Positions 31,578 to 42,325 of a DNA stretch of 64,000 nt are shown here, one piece after another. The translations under genes and the position numbers were made by a program. Position 1 is the first letter of the stretch. Each line of letters starts with the position of its first letter. The DNA is taken from the NCBI GenBank assembly GCA_963706595.1, contig OY970166.1, positions 2,432,001 to 2,496,000 on the forward strand, in the 5' to 3' direction. The notes under the pieces were generated by a model that worked only from the letters and a program-made list of their open reading frames with translations, did not search any database and was not told where the DNA came from. The stretch comes from an uncultured cyanobacterium. Its GTDB lineage: Bacteria > Cyanobacteriota > Cyanobacteriia > Cyanobacteriales > Nostocaceae.

Positions 31578-32300
31578 ATGAGTGATTACGTAATTGAATG
31601 TCACAACTTAGAGACGGCTTATGTTGGCTCTTTGAATCGTCCGATCCTCAACAATATTAACTGTCAAATTAAGCAAGGTGAATTTGTTGTACTGTAGGAC
31701 TCAATGGTGCTGGTAAATCTACATTATTGCGATCGCTTGTAGGGTTAGTACCATTAGTCAGGGAGAAGTTGGCATCAACGGCGTGGCATAAATAACCGCA
31801 CACTTCCCCAAATCCGCCGTGATATCGGAATGTTGTTTCAAGGCGGTGGGTTAATTCCTCAGTTATCAGCAATTAAAAATGTATTATGCGGTAGGCTTGG
31901 CACAAGAACAACTTGGCAAACACTATTCGGCTTTCCTAAACGCGATGCCTCCTAGCATTAGAATTACTGGAAGAGTTGGGTTTAAGAGACTTAGCCTATC
32001 AAAAGACTAGCAAACTTAGTGGTGGTCAGCAACAAAGAGTAGCGATCGCTCGTGCTTTAATTCAATCACCAAAAGTACTCTAGCAGACGAACCCACCACC
32101 GGGTAGATGTTATCGCTACCCAACAAGTAATGGAAGCTTTAGCCAAATTACACACCGAACAAGGTATGACCATTGTCACAGTCTTACACGACTTAGCAAT
32201 AGCCGCCTAATATGCCCAACGCGCGATGTTCTTGATCCGGGTGCATCGTTTACGAGGTCTTGCGATAACTTGCAAGCCCAGTTTGTGGTCAATAGTCAAA
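31578..32300 (+). pseudogene. phnC: Phosphonate ABC transporter ATPase pseudogene
   Basis: MSDYVIECHNL..., [24 protein letters not shown] and ADEP are spread across frames; several single-base deletions and a premature TAA near 32208. Confidence 0.8.
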
Positions 32301-32344
32301 GCCCACACTAATTAAATCAATTTATTTGCACCGACCTACTGATA

Positions 32345-33138
32345 ATGAGTTATCTACCAATTTCTAAATTTCTCCGCCGTTACTCTTGGGTAAGTCCCTT
32401 AGTCATTTTATTAATTGTTATTATAATTTACGGGTGGGCTTTGCAAGGACTTCAGCTTAATTTTGAACTGCTGACATCTAGCGCCCCCTTCATTGCTGAT
32501 TTTATTTCCCGCTTATTTCCTCCCGATTTTAGAGTTATTGATATTGCCATCAAAGCACTGATTGAAACTGTACAGATGTCTCTTTGGGGAACAACCATTG
32601 GGGCGATTATCTCTGTACCAATAGCAGTTGCTAGCGCTCGTAATGTTGCTCCTACTTGGCTGCAATGGCTGGCTAATTTGCTGCAAAATGCTGTGCGTTC
32701 TGTCCCCTCAATTATTTTAGGGCTAATTTTCGTTGCCGCCACAGGTTTAGGCGCACCAGCAGGCACTCTCGCTTTAAGTATATATACTATCGGCTATCTA
32801 GCCAAGTTTTATCAACAAGCCATTGAAGCGTTGAGCCTCGCTCTTTAGAATCTCTAGAAGTTATCGGCGCATCTCGACTGCAAATTGCTCAGTATGGAAT
32901 TTTACCGCAAGTGCTACCCCTGAGTTTAGGTTATACCTTATGGATGTTTGAGTACAATATTCGTGCTGCTTCTGTGTTGGGTGTAGTAGGTGCAGGAGGT
33001 ATTGGTTTTCAGTTAAAAAGTTATATTGATGGGTTTGAATATAACAAAGCTACAACCATGATGTTAGTACTTTTAGTAGTAGTGACAGTGATAGATGGTT
33101 TCAGCAGCAAGTTGCGTCGCCGCCTGGAGTCAATATAA
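32345..33138 (+). pseudogene. phnE: Phosphonate ABC transporter permease, frameshifted near 32830
   Basis: ETVQMSLWGT...GLGAPAG and FEYNIRAASVLGVVGAGGIG; one added base restores AVEPRSLESL and joins the two ORFs. Confidence 0.85.
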
Positions 33139-33175
33139 TTCGTAGTTACAATCAGTCGGGGCTTGTACTCTCTTT

Positions 33176-33290
33176 AATTACGAATTACGTTAGCGTAGCT
33201 CTCCCGTTCGCGTAGCGTTCCGCAGGAAAGGGAGCATTACGAATTACGAATTACGTTAGCGTAGCTCCTCGGAAAGAGGCATTACGAATT
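33176..33290. repeat. AATTACG heptamer repeat carrying nested small dispersed repeats
   Basis: TTACGAA units interrupted by TTAGCGTAGCTC...GCATTACG inserts, the first with a further internal insert; related inverted copy at about 34250-34305. Confidence 0.7.
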
Positions 33291-34246
33291 ACTTTAAAAT
33301 TTCCTGCGCCCGATTAATATTATTCCGCACAGATTGCGCCGAAATCTGCAAAGCTTCTCTTTCCCCATCGGTGAGATACAATTCCAAAATCTTCTCAACT
33401 CCACCGCAACCCAAACGACAGGGAACACCAATCACAATATCATCTAAACCATATTCACCTTGTAAATAAGTCGCCACAGGTAACAACCGCGACTGATTCA
33501 ACAAAATAGATTCCACCATCACACTCGCAGCAGAAGCAGGGGCAAAAAATGCCCCACCAGTCCGCATCAATTCCACAATTTCCGCGCCCCCATTGCGGGT
33601 TCTCTCTACCAAACGGGCAATTGTGGCTGTATCGAATAATTCTGTAATGGGAATGCCGTTAACCGTCGCATAACGCGACAAGGGAACCATTAAATCACCG
33701 TGGCTACCCAATACCATCGCCTTGACATCAGCCGGTAATACCCCTAATTCTAAAGCAATGAAAGTTTCAAATCTAGCTGAGTCTAACACCCCAGCCATAC
33801 CCATAACTGCGGTGACGTGGTAAACCTGTAGCTTCCCAAGCCAAATATGTCATCACATCTAAGGGATTGGTGACTACTATAAAAATAGCATTGGGAGAAT
33901 AGGCGATCGCACTCTTAGCAGCTTCCACCACAATTTTGGCATTAATTTTCAGCAAATCATCCCGACTCATCCCAGGTTTGCGAGGAATACCGGCAGTAAT
34001 TACCACAATTTCGGAATCAGCCGTATCAGCATAATTAGTTGTCCCGATAATCTGCCGATGATGTAACTCAATACCCCTAGCTTCCATCAAATCTAATGCT
34101 AAACCTTGAGGCATTCCCTCAACAATATCCAGCAACACCACATCTGCAAAATTTTTCTCAGCAATGCGTTGGGCTAAAGTGCTACCAACCTTACCAGCAC
34201 CAACGATGGTGACACGAGGTGAACGGCATAGAATAGGAGAAATCAT
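33289..34246 (-). pseudogene. mdh: Malate dehydrogenase (LDH-like) split by a 1-nt insertion near 33808 (pseudogene or assembly error)
   Basis: GAGKVG, TAGIPRKPGMSRDDL and TNPLD in the first ORF; GMAGVLDSARF and GSHGD in the second. Confidence 0.88.
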
Positions 34247-34415
34247 AATAATTCGTAATGCCTCTTTCAGAGGAGCTTCGCTAACGTAATTTGTAATTCG
34301 TAATTAAGAAAGTTAGAGTGTATTGGCTTGAGCCAATTCTTGAAGCATCAGACATATTATAGATTAAATAGGACTTTGACTAAATTATAAAAGCTAAAAT
34401 ATATAAAATAGCCCT

Positions 34416-34557
34416 GGCCATTAGAAATCAGGGGACAACAAAAGTCATCCGCCAACAAGGACTAAAGAAAAATTCATGCTTTGCAACCCGCGCAGGCGGC
34501 CTTCCCTACGGGAAGACGCTTCGCGTTATGTCTGTGTAGACGCAATTTCTAATCGCC
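34416..34557. mobile_element. Degenerate MITE, family A
   Basis: Ends GGCCATTAGAAATC...ATTTCTAATCGCC; carries an extra internal insert. Confidence 0.6.
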
Positions 34558-34609
34558 TGGAAAAATGATTATTTCATCACTACTCAATTATCAAAAGTAG
34601 GTAGTCAAA

Positions 34610-34852
34610 ATGAGTGCAGAACAAGAGTTATTAACCAAGTGGCGTTCCCTTCCACAAAACAAACAAAAGGAAGTCTTAGATTTTGTGGAATTTCTTCGCT
34701 TGAAAACCTCTGTAAATAAAACTACCTTGGGAGAACGGTTACGGCAAATTCGCTCTAAAATTGTTGCTTCTGGGAAACATTTATTAGATGAAGATGAAAT
34801 AGAGAAAGAATTCGCTAGTCGCAGAGGTGGGTTACAGGGTAGAGAAGGATGA
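34610..34852 (+). CDS. Antitoxin-like small protein (DUF2281-like)
   Basis: LPQNKQKEVLDFVEFL signature; overlaps a PIN stub via ATGA. Confidence 0.65.
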   Translation: MSAEQELLTKWRSLPQNKQKEVLDFVEFLRLKTSVNKTTLGERLRQIRSKIVASGKHLLDEDEIEKEFASRRGGLQGREG

Positions 34853-34899
34853 AAATAACTTATATTGATTCAGGAGTATTACTTAGTGCAACTGTTTAG
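34849..34899 (+). pseudogene. PIN toxin 5' stub
   Basis: MKITYIDSGVLLSATV*, i.e. only the first strand and catalytic Asp of a PIN domain. Confidence 0.6.
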
Positions 34900-35198
34900 A
34901 GTATCTAGTATTATTCAAGTAATCTCTATTTTTGATTAACTTAGAACTTACGCACTTTACAAATTAATCAGGGTATGATTTCAATAAAATACGTCGTTTC
35001 AGACTTTTATCCCCGATTATTTTGATTGTAAATAGACCAGCATTGTAGGGGTTTAGCAATGCTAAACCCCTACGAAAGATATGGTTTTGATAATACATAT
35101 TTAATGTTAATTGTCAATGCTTAACTTCTATAATTTTTTCTGGTCGATATTCTAGAGTAATGTATCACTGAACTGTAATCGGTATAAAATAAAATATT

Positions 35199-35226
35199 GA
35201 AACCTGCCGAAGCAGGTTTTGTTTTT
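35199..35226. terminator. Hairpin terminator downstream of ndhO
   Basis: AAACCTGC-CGAA-GCAGGTTTT. Confidence 0.6.
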
Positions 35227-35251
35227 GTAAGCTCAGATTTTACTTTGAGAA

Positions 35252-35467
35252 TTAGTTAAATTCTTCAAGTTGATCCAAACGTAACCAAATATTTGGTGTT
35301 GGCACTTTCCCGAATTTGATCAGAGCGTAATCACCTTTAACATCGACAATTTCGCCCTTGCTGTCAAACAAATACGAAGGAAAGCGGGTATCACTGGCTT
35401 TTGCTTCCAGACTGTTTTCCAACTTCTCGCGGATAGCGCGAACCATGTCTCCCTTTTTAACTGCCAT
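35252..35467 (-). CDS. ndhO: NDH-1 subunit O
   Basis: KKGDMVRA...SLEAKASD...[13 protein letters not shown]. Confidence 0.92.
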   Translation of the reverse strand: MAVKKGDMVRAIREKLENSLEAKASDTRFPSYLFDSKGEIVDVKGDYALIKFGKVPTPNIWLRLDQLEEFN

Positions 35468-35623
35468 AAATTGCCTCTTGAATTTGTGGATCGTTTTAAG
35501 AGGATTTTAGCTTGTGGACAGATGTATTTTCACTTAAGAATATCTTGACTACAAAGGAAGAAGGCAATATTCTTCCTCAACCCCAGTCCCAAGTAGGGGC
35601 GGGTTTACAGATATCATTCAAAA

Positions 35624-36502
35624 TCAACGAGGATATTCCACTCCCCACTCCCCACAATTTTGACACTGGGGGCAGAAATGACTCGAACGCCCAGCTAATT
35701 TAATTCGCTGTATAGGTGTACTACAAACTCGGCAAGGTTCCCCAGTGCGGTTATATACCCAAGCCACACCGCCATAATTACCGTTAACTCCTTGAACGTT
35801 GAGGAAATTACTAAAGGTTGTCCCGCCAGCCGCAATGCTGGTTTCTAAGACTTGAATGATGGCTGTATGTAAACGCTCTATTTGCTTTAACTGCAAATCT
35901 AAACAGAAGGTTATTGGTAAAATACCACTTTTAAATAAAGCCTCATCAGCATAAATATTACCTAAACCCGCTACCACTGACTGATCTAATAGTGCCGTTT
36001 TGATGGGACGACGGCGATTTTTCAATTTAGCAGCCAGATATTCAACGGTGAATTCGGGTGAAAATGGGTCTACTGCCAGTTTTGCTAAACCAGTCATGAT
36101 ACTTTCTACTGGTACGCCTGGGGGAACATACCACATTTGTCCGAAGGTGCGCTGGTCAACAAAGCGTAATTCTTGCTGGTCTTTAAAATATAATCTCACC
36201 CTGGTGTGCTTGTGTACTGGTTCATCTTGATTTACCCACAGTAATTGACCAGTCATTCGCAGATGAACGCCTAGCCATACGGGAGATGAATGAGATGCAA
36301 GGGTAAGTTGAGCTAAAAGATATTTACCACGACGATGCCAAGAAGCGATCGCACTGCCGGTAATTTCAGGAATAAACTCATCTACAGAAAATGGGTAGGC
36401 GATGGTGCGCTTGTGCAACACATCCCCACCCGTAATTTCTCGATGCCGGGTCAATTGATTTAGACCCCTGCGGACTGTTTCGACTTCAGGCAATTCAGGC
36501 AT
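35624..36502 (-). CDS. mutM: Formamidopyrimidine-DNA glycosylase
   Basis: MPELPEVE, RRGKYL, HLRMTG, GLGNIYADE and a C-terminal zinc finger. Confidence 0.97.
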   Translation of the reverse strand: MPELPEVETVRRGLNQLTRHREITGGDVLHKRTIAYPFSVDEFIPEITGSAIASWHRRGKYLLAQLTLASHSSPVWLGVHLRMTGQLLWVNQDEPVHKHTRVRLYFKDQQELRFVDQRTFGQMWYVPPGVPVESIMTGLAKLAVDPFSPEFTVEYLAAKLKNRRRPIKTALLDQSVVAGLGNIYADEALFKSGILPITFCLDLQLKQIERLHTAIIQVLETSIAAGGTTFSNFLNVQGVNGNYGGVAWVYNRTGEPCRVCSTPIQRIKLAGRSSHFCPQCQNCGEWGVEYPR

Positions 36503-36582
36503 TTAAGCTGATAAAATAGGCAAATTTTAGTAATGGATAATGGTGGGTTACTGACTATCGTCCTAACCCACCCTACAACTGC

Positions 36583-36795
36583 TTATTTCTTGGCTTTAGC
36601 CTTTGGTGCTTCTACCTCAACTAATTCGTCTATGGCAAAGTTATTGGTGTTGATACCAGAGTAATTGACCTTATCAAAGCGGACAATTGCTGCGTATTTG
36701 ATGCCGCTTTGGTCGACAGTAGCCACAGTGCCTACTTCTTGAAACCAGTAGGATTCGGGGCGGAGAATACGTACTTTAGAACCACGTTGAACCAT
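36583..36795 (-). CDS. psaE: Photosystem I subunit IV
   Basis: [14 protein letters not shown]...VRFDKVNY. Confidence 0.97.
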   Translation of the reverse strand: MVQRGSKVRILRPESYWFQEVGTVATVDQSGIKYAAIVRFDKVNYSGINTNNFAIDELVEVEAPKAKAKK

Positions 36796-37021
36796 GATTA
36801 TCTTCCCTTTTAATTATTGATTGCCAATAGGGGCTATTTGATTTCACTGTACATCGTCAAGGTCTCGCCTAGAGGCTTTGTTAAGTTATTTATCTGTTGA
36901 ACTCTTCCTTTGAGCAGTTACTCATCTCCCAGCCCAAACCTAAGATAGGTGTCAGACCCTCCTTGACAAAAACCCTATGATCGCTTAAGTTCATTCAAAA
37001 ATACACAAAGTAAGCAAAACT

Positions 37022-37606
37022 TTATGTTTTACTCAAGACAAACACACTACCCTCGTTACCCCTGCCGATTCGCAAATCGCTATCTATATAAGTAATGTCC
37101 AGCCAGCCTTGCTGTTTATCACTGTTTATCGCAGCGTCAATCGCCGGAAACTTTTTACCAGCTTCAATTTGCTGGATAAAACTGGCGGGAGAACTGTAAT
37201 CCATCAAACGTTTTAAACCCAGAATTGAGCGCTGAAATTTTACTTGGACACGTCGTTCGGAAACAGGTTCAAATTTGGCAGCGACGCTAACTAAACCTTC
37301 GAGATAAGGTAGACCATAAATCTCGGCTATGTTATAAACGCTGGTAGTGTTGACCCGGATACACTGATAAATTTGACCAAGTTTACACAAAGGAATACGA
37401 TCCAGGTTTAAAAGAGCCTTGCTGGTTGTATATATTAAGCGCCAATCACCATCGAGCAAATTGCTTGCTTCTATGGGACGAGGCGTAGGATTAAAGTCTT
37501 CCAAGTTAGCGATCGCCGCTAAGATAGCCTGCTTTTGTGGTTCACTAGCTAGTAAGCCGCGATTTGTCCCCGCGATCGCATCAATCAGATTTGCTTTGCC
37601 AATCAT
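37022..37606 (-). CDS. PAP/fibrillin family protein
   Basis: NRGL...NPTP...GDWRLIYT...WLDITYID...RIGRGNEGSVFVL. Confidence 0.9.
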   Translation of the reverse strand: MIGKANLIDAIAGTNRGLLASEPQKQAILAAIANLEDFNPTPRPIEASNLLDGDWRLIYTTSKALLNLDRIPLCKLGQIYQCIRVNTTSVYNIAEIYGLPYLEGLVSVAAKFEPVSERRVQVKFQRSILGLKRLMDYSSPASFIQQIEAGKKFPAIDAAINSDKQQGWLDITYIDSDLRIGRGNEGSVFVLSKT

Positions 37607-37847
37607 CCTCTACTACCTCAAAAATTATCAGGATTCATCCACCTTAAGTCGATATTAATGTCGTATGTATAGCGCCTTACAAAACACTAGAAATCTATTC
37701 CAGATTGTCCTACCACTATTAAATAAAATATTTCTGTCAGCTTACGGATTTATTCACCCCAGAGTCGAATGAATAATTAAATTATCCCTTGACAGTGATA
37801 GACTTCTTAATGTCTAGTTACATGAACCTTTTTGTGTTTTCGTAGAT

Positions 37848-38087
37848 ATGTTGAATTCTCCCTTAAGTGAAGAACCCCGTAACCAACGCGCACCAGTAAT
37901 TCCACTCAAGCAAGAGTCTTCTATGTTGGACTGGTTGCAATTTCAAGGCCGTCTGGTAGCGCGTAACGTCCAAGAAACTGAGTTTTCACAGCAAGAAGCA
38001 GAAATATCAGAGTTCTTGAGTACAGAAGACGGCATAGACGATTTTGATCTGGATGATGACAGTGATGTGAGTGTAGACGAAGATTAG
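37848..38087 (+). CDS. DUF3134 family protein
   Basis: EEPRNQRAPVIP...LDWLQ..GRL with an acidic tail; lies upstream of mraY. Confidence 0.7.
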   Translation: MLNSPLSEEPRNQRAPVIPLKQESSMLDWLQFQGRLVARNVQETEFSQQEAEISEFLSTEDGIDDFDLDDDSDVSVDED

Positions 38088-38264
38088 CCGATGGCGGCTG
38101 GGGACTATACCGTTACGCGGCAGTCAAAAGTTTACCCTGAGCGAAGTCGAGGGGTCAAAAGTCAAAAGTCAAAAGGCTTTTGCCTGATGAAATAGATGCT
38201 GATTTGTGCCGTGTTGAACTAGTTAATATGTATTGTTCTCATTGTTGAGTTTTATAAGTGTGGA

Positions 38265-39377
38265 GTGAAGGGAATTTTTGTGGACGCTAAATTGTCTCCT
38301 AACCAAGGATCAACTGTTTCGGGTATCGGACTAGCTTCTAGTTTAGTTGTAGCCCTGAGTGTAGCAGCATTAATATTTGATTGGCTGGGCAACAGAACGC
38401 CCTGGCAAGGGATGTCACTAACTTTACCCTTGTTGGTGTCTGCCGTGAGTTCAGCCGCTATCGGCTTTGTGGTCATACCACTGCTACAAGCGCTGAAAAC
38501 TGGGCAAATCATCCGTGAAGATGGACCCCAAGCCCATTTAAAAAAAGCTGGTACGCCAACGATGGGGGGTATATTTTTTGTCCCCGTGGCTGTGGCGATC
38601 GCCTGCGTATTTTCTAATTTTGCCCCAGAAGTGCTTGGTGTGTGTGCTTTAACCCTGAGCTATGGATTTGTGGGCTGGCTTGATGATTGGCAAATTTTAC
38701 GCCGCAAATCAAATAAAGGCATATCCCCGAAGATGAAACTAGCTTTGCAAATTGTATTTGCAGCCGTGTTTTGTCTGTGGCTGATGTTTACTCAAGATGC
38801 TCAGATTACAAATATAGCTTTACCTTGGGTGAGCTTTACATTGCCTTTAGGATTCTTATTCTGGCCTTTGGCTGGTTTTGCCTTAGTTGCAGAAAGTAAC
38901 GCCACTAATTTAACTGACGGTATTGATGGTTTAGCAGCTGGAACCGTGGCGATCGCCTTACTCGCATTAGGTGCGATAATTGCCCCGGCTTACCCTGGAT
39001 TGATGGTTTTTTGTGCCGCATTAAGTGGCGGTTGCTTAGGTTTCTTAGCCCATAACCGCAACCCAGCCCGTGTATTCATGGGTGATACAGGTTCCTTGGC
39101 GCTGGGTGGGGCTTTAGCTGCTGTGGCATTACTGACTAATAGTTTGGTAGCGCTGTTTATTCTCAGTGGGATTTTCTTTGTAGAAACCGTTTCTGTAATC
39201 GCCCAGGTAGGTTATTACAAAGCGACAAAGGGACCAGATGGAAAAGGCAAGCGGTTGTTTAAAATGGCTCCCCTACACCATCATTTAGAGTTAACCGGTT
39301 GGTCAGAATTACAAGTAGTAGCGGTATTTTATATCATCGCTGGGATTTTAGCGGTCATTTGTTTAGCGATCGCGTAG
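38265..39377 (+). CDS. mraY: Phospho-MurNAc-pentapeptide translocase
   Basis: KAGTPTMGG, NATNLTDGIDGL, FMGDTGS and MAPLHHH. Confidence 0.96.
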   Translation: MKGIFVDAKLSPNQGSTVSGIGLASSLVVALSVAALIFDWLGNRTPWQGMSLTLPLLVSAVSSAAIGFVVIPLLQALKTGQIIREDGPQAHLKKAGTPTMGGIFFVPVAVAIACVFSNFAPEVLGVCALTLSYGFVGWLDDWQILRRKSNKGISPKMKLALQIVFAAVFCLWLMFTQDAQITNIALPWVSFTLPLGFLFWPLAGFALVAESNATNLTDGIDGLAAGTVAIALLALGAIIAPAYPGLMVFCAALSGGCLGFLAHNRNPARVFMGDTGSLALGGALAAVALLTNSLVALFILSGIFFVETVSVIAQVGYYKATKGPDGKGKRLFKMAPLHHHLELTGWSELQVVAVFYIIAGILAVICLAIA

Positions 39378-39442
39378 CGTAACTTAGAAATCGCTCCTTT
39401 TTAAAACTTTTGAACTTTTGAAAAACTAATTTAAGAAACGAC

Positions 39443-39468
39443 AACCTCCGGATTTGCGGGGGTTTTTT
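39443..39468 (+). terminator. Probable intrinsic terminator after mraY
   Basis: AACCTCCG-GATTTG-CGGGGGTT followed by a T run. Confidence 0.55.
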
Positions 39469-39610
39469 GATGAAATTCACCCCACCCCCAGCCCCTCCCC
39501 GCAAGCGAGGAGGGGAGCAGGAGCGAACCCAAAGACATCTGCACAAAACCCTCTCCTTACCAAGGAGAGGGACAGGTTTTGCTATGCAAAACCAGGGTGA
39601 GGTTTTTCCC

Positions 39611-40114
39611 CTAAATTTGCAACTGACTAACCAAATGAGCCATTTCTGGCAAAATCAGCTTTTCCATCCCCAATCGCACTGCATTACTAGAACCGGGAAG
39701 GGAAAATATTAATTTATGTTGATAAACGCCAGCCACAGCACGAGAAGCGATCGCGCGGGAACCAATTTCTTGATAACTTAAAAATCGAAACAACTCCCCA
39801 AATCCGGGTAAAGTTTTTTCTAATAATTTTTCAATCGCATCATAGGTAGTATCTCTGGGAGCGATGCCAGTACCACCATTGAAGATGATTACATCTAAAC
39901 TAGTATTTTTACCCAATTCTGCTATCTGTGCTTGAATTTGGGCTGGCTCATCCTTGAGGATTTTGTACGCTTCCACAACATGGTGAGCCGCAACAAGCAA
40001 TTGCTGGATTAGCTGACCACTTTTATCAGTTTCTGGGTTACGAGTATCACTGACTGTAATCACAGCACAGGTGACAATCTTTCCTGGCGAGTCGGGGTGT
40101 GGTTGCGTTGACAC
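39611..40114 (-). CDS. Molybdenum cofactor biosynthesis protein, MoaB/MogA family
   Basis: ITVSDTR, DKSG, GGTGIAPRDTT and LPGS. Confidence 0.9.
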   Translation of the reverse strand: MSTQPHPDSPGKIVTCAVITVSDTRNPETDKSGQLIQQLLVAAHHVVEAYKILKDEPAQIQAQIAELGKNTSLDVIIFNGGTGIAPRDTTYDAIEKLLEKTLPGFGELFRFLSYQEIGSRAIASRAVAGVYQHKLIFSLPGSSNAVRLGMEKLILPEMAHLVSQLQI

Positions 40115-40217
40115 GAGGAGTAAGGGACTAGGGGGAAAGACAAAGAATGTAGAGACGTTCCATGGAACATCTCTACAACGGTGGTTTCAGACACATATTT
40201 GAATTTAATCTGTGTTC

Positions 40218-40556
40218 TTATTCAGCTTTATTGAATCCCAAACCGTTTTGTTCGGCGTAACGTTCCATAAAGCGCATAAAACGCTCCCATTCTTCGGGGG
40301 ATTTCATCACATGAACTGCTTCTATGCCTTCTGGTTTACCGTTGACAAATTTACCCTTAACTTCGCGGGTAATGATTTCGCCTTCCTCGTCGATCAGGTA
40401 CATCCCGGTGATTTCTTCGGTGCTACCTTCTGCCAATATTTGGGGATTTGTAAAGATAAACGTTGCTGTGCCACTGTCTCCAGTGCGCGATCGCGTCAAG
40501 CGTACTTCTGGAATTACTTCTTCATCAATACCTTTAGAAAATTGAATTTTGACCAT
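40218..40556 (-). CDS. psb28: Photosystem II assembly factor Psb28
   Basis: [21 protein letters not shown]...[12 protein letters not shown]; probable ATG at 40556. Confidence 0.95.
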   Translation of the reverse strand: MVKIQFSKGIDEEVIPEVRLTRSRTGDSGTATFIFTNPQILAEGSTEEITGMYLIDEEGEIITREVKGKFVNGKPEGIEAVHVMKSPEEWERFMRFMERYAEQNGLGFNKAE

Positions 40557-40966
40557 GATCTGTGTATTTAATATTTTGTAGTTGTAATCGTTAACTTGTA
40601 ATTCTCTCATTTTTTGGGAACTGCTGAAAACCGTTATATTTTTAGCTGAGATTCTTTGACAGCTTTCCATAGCATAAATGAGTCCATAAAGCAAATATAG
40701 ATCCCCGACTTCTTGAAGAAGTCGGGGATCTGAGGCGATCGCTGAAATTTCTGTTTGGCTGGAAGGAAGAGTAATATCATGTATCTCTGCAACAAAAACA
40801 GTAAATTTTGGTTTGAAGCAGATACTACTAATTAGTCTTTTGGAGTCAAGCTTTAAAATTTGGGTAAAAAATTTGCAGCCCAGATGATAGTTACTCTGGT
40901 GTTGTGGGTATTCTGTTTACTAGAGGCTTAAATTACCTAAGCATTTTCCACAGGACATAACAAAAC

Positions 40967-41353
40967 ATGGCTAGTTCAGGGGAAGATTATTTCATTATCC
41001 GTCAGAAGAAAGACGCTCGGCGAAAGAGACTTTTAGCGATCGTCTCAATTATTGGCTTTGGCGGTTCTATGCTGTTTGGGGCATTTAATACGATACAACG
41101 AGCTATGCAAGCTCCTCAACCTCAGCCAGCACCTATCTCTGTTGAGTCTTCATTGCAACAACAGGCGCAGGGTTATGAGTTAGTTTTACAACGAGAACCT
41201 GAAAATCAAGTTGCACTGGAGAAACTGTCTTTGTTGCGGATACAGTTGCAGGATTTTAAAGGTGCAATGGAACCGTTGGAGAAGTTGATCAGCTTGTACC
41301 CTGATCGGCAAGATTATCAGGTGATGTTAGAGAATGTTAAGAAATCGGAGTGA
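40967..41353 (+). CDS. Membrane-anchored TPR protein
   Basis: One hydrophobic segment, then GYELVLQREPENQVAL...PLEKL TPR-like pattern. Confidence 0.7.
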   Translation: MASSGEDYFIIRQKKDARRKRLLAIVSIIGFGGSMLFGAFNTIQRAMQAPQPQPAPISVESSLQQQAQGYELVLQREPENQVALEKLSLLRIQLQDFKGAMEPLEKLISLYPDRQDYQVMLENVKKSE

Positions 41354-41483
41354 GTGTGCGATCGCCCTTAAAATTGCTGACTCTTTTCAATAAAAATTTT
41401 TGTATCTCTAAATTTGCCAATTAATAGTCAAATTTGCTGTTTATCAAGCAAATAGACAAATATCACCACATAAAAAGGAATAA

Positions 41484-42152
41484 ATGTTCATGAATTTAGA
41501 TTGGGAAGTTACCTTAGATAAATATGTAGAATGGGAAGAGCAACTTATTCAAAGACAAGAGGTTTTGCAAAAAATATCTACTCAAAATGAAAATTTTATT
41601 GCCCAGCTACTATCTGCTGATAATCCAATTAAGATTGAGCTAGGCGCAGGAAAAGAGCGCCAACTAGAAGGATGGACTACTGTAGATATTAATGGCGATT
41701 GTGACCTCATTTTAGACTTACAAAATCCTCTTCCATTTCCAGATGAAAGTGTCAGTGAAATATACTCTTCTCATGTTCTTGAACACTTTCTTTACCCTAA
41801 TCCAATGGCAGGAATTTTAAATGAATGCCATCGGATCTTAAAACAAGGAGGTATTTTTAGCGTATGCGTACCTAATGCAAGAATATATATTGAGGCATAC
41901 TTGAATCCTGATAAATTTGATCAGAAAAAATACTGCCTATATAAACCCGCTTATCATTACAAATCTCCAATTGATTATATCAACTACATTGCCTATATGG
42001 CTGGTCATCACTTTCATTTGTTCGATGAAGAAAACTTGGTATCTACTTTATCTGAAGCAGGGTTTAAAAATGTTATGTTGAGGGATTTCGATCCAAATAT
42101 TGATCTTGAAGGACGGAGGAATGAATCTATTTATGCCATCTGTGAAAAATAA
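41484..42152 (+). CDS. Class I SAM-dependent methyltransferase
   Basis: IELGAG, PLPFPDESVSEIYSSHVLEH and RILKQGG. Confidence 0.85.
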   Translation: MFMNLDWEVTLDKYVEWEEQLIQRQEVLQKISTQNENFIAQLLSADNPIKIELGAGKERQLEGWTTVDINGDCDLILDLQNPLPFPDESVSEIYSSHVLEHFLYPNPMAGILNECHRILKQGGIFSVCVPNARIYIEAYLNPDKFDQKKYCLYKPAYHYKSPIDYINYIAYMAGHHFHLFDEENLVSTLSEAGFKNVMLRDFDPNIDLEGRRNESIYAICEK

Positions 42153-42325
42153 GATCATTCTTATGTGAAGTTGCATAAAATTATTAAATCCAGTAATTTA
42201 TACGTGATTATGTGCAGTAGTTTTCCTTTAAAACTTATTATATGCACCTTCAGGTTAATACTTTTATAAAATGGCAAATTACGAATAAAATCTAGGATAA
42301 ATAACTAAAAATAAGCATAAAAAGT

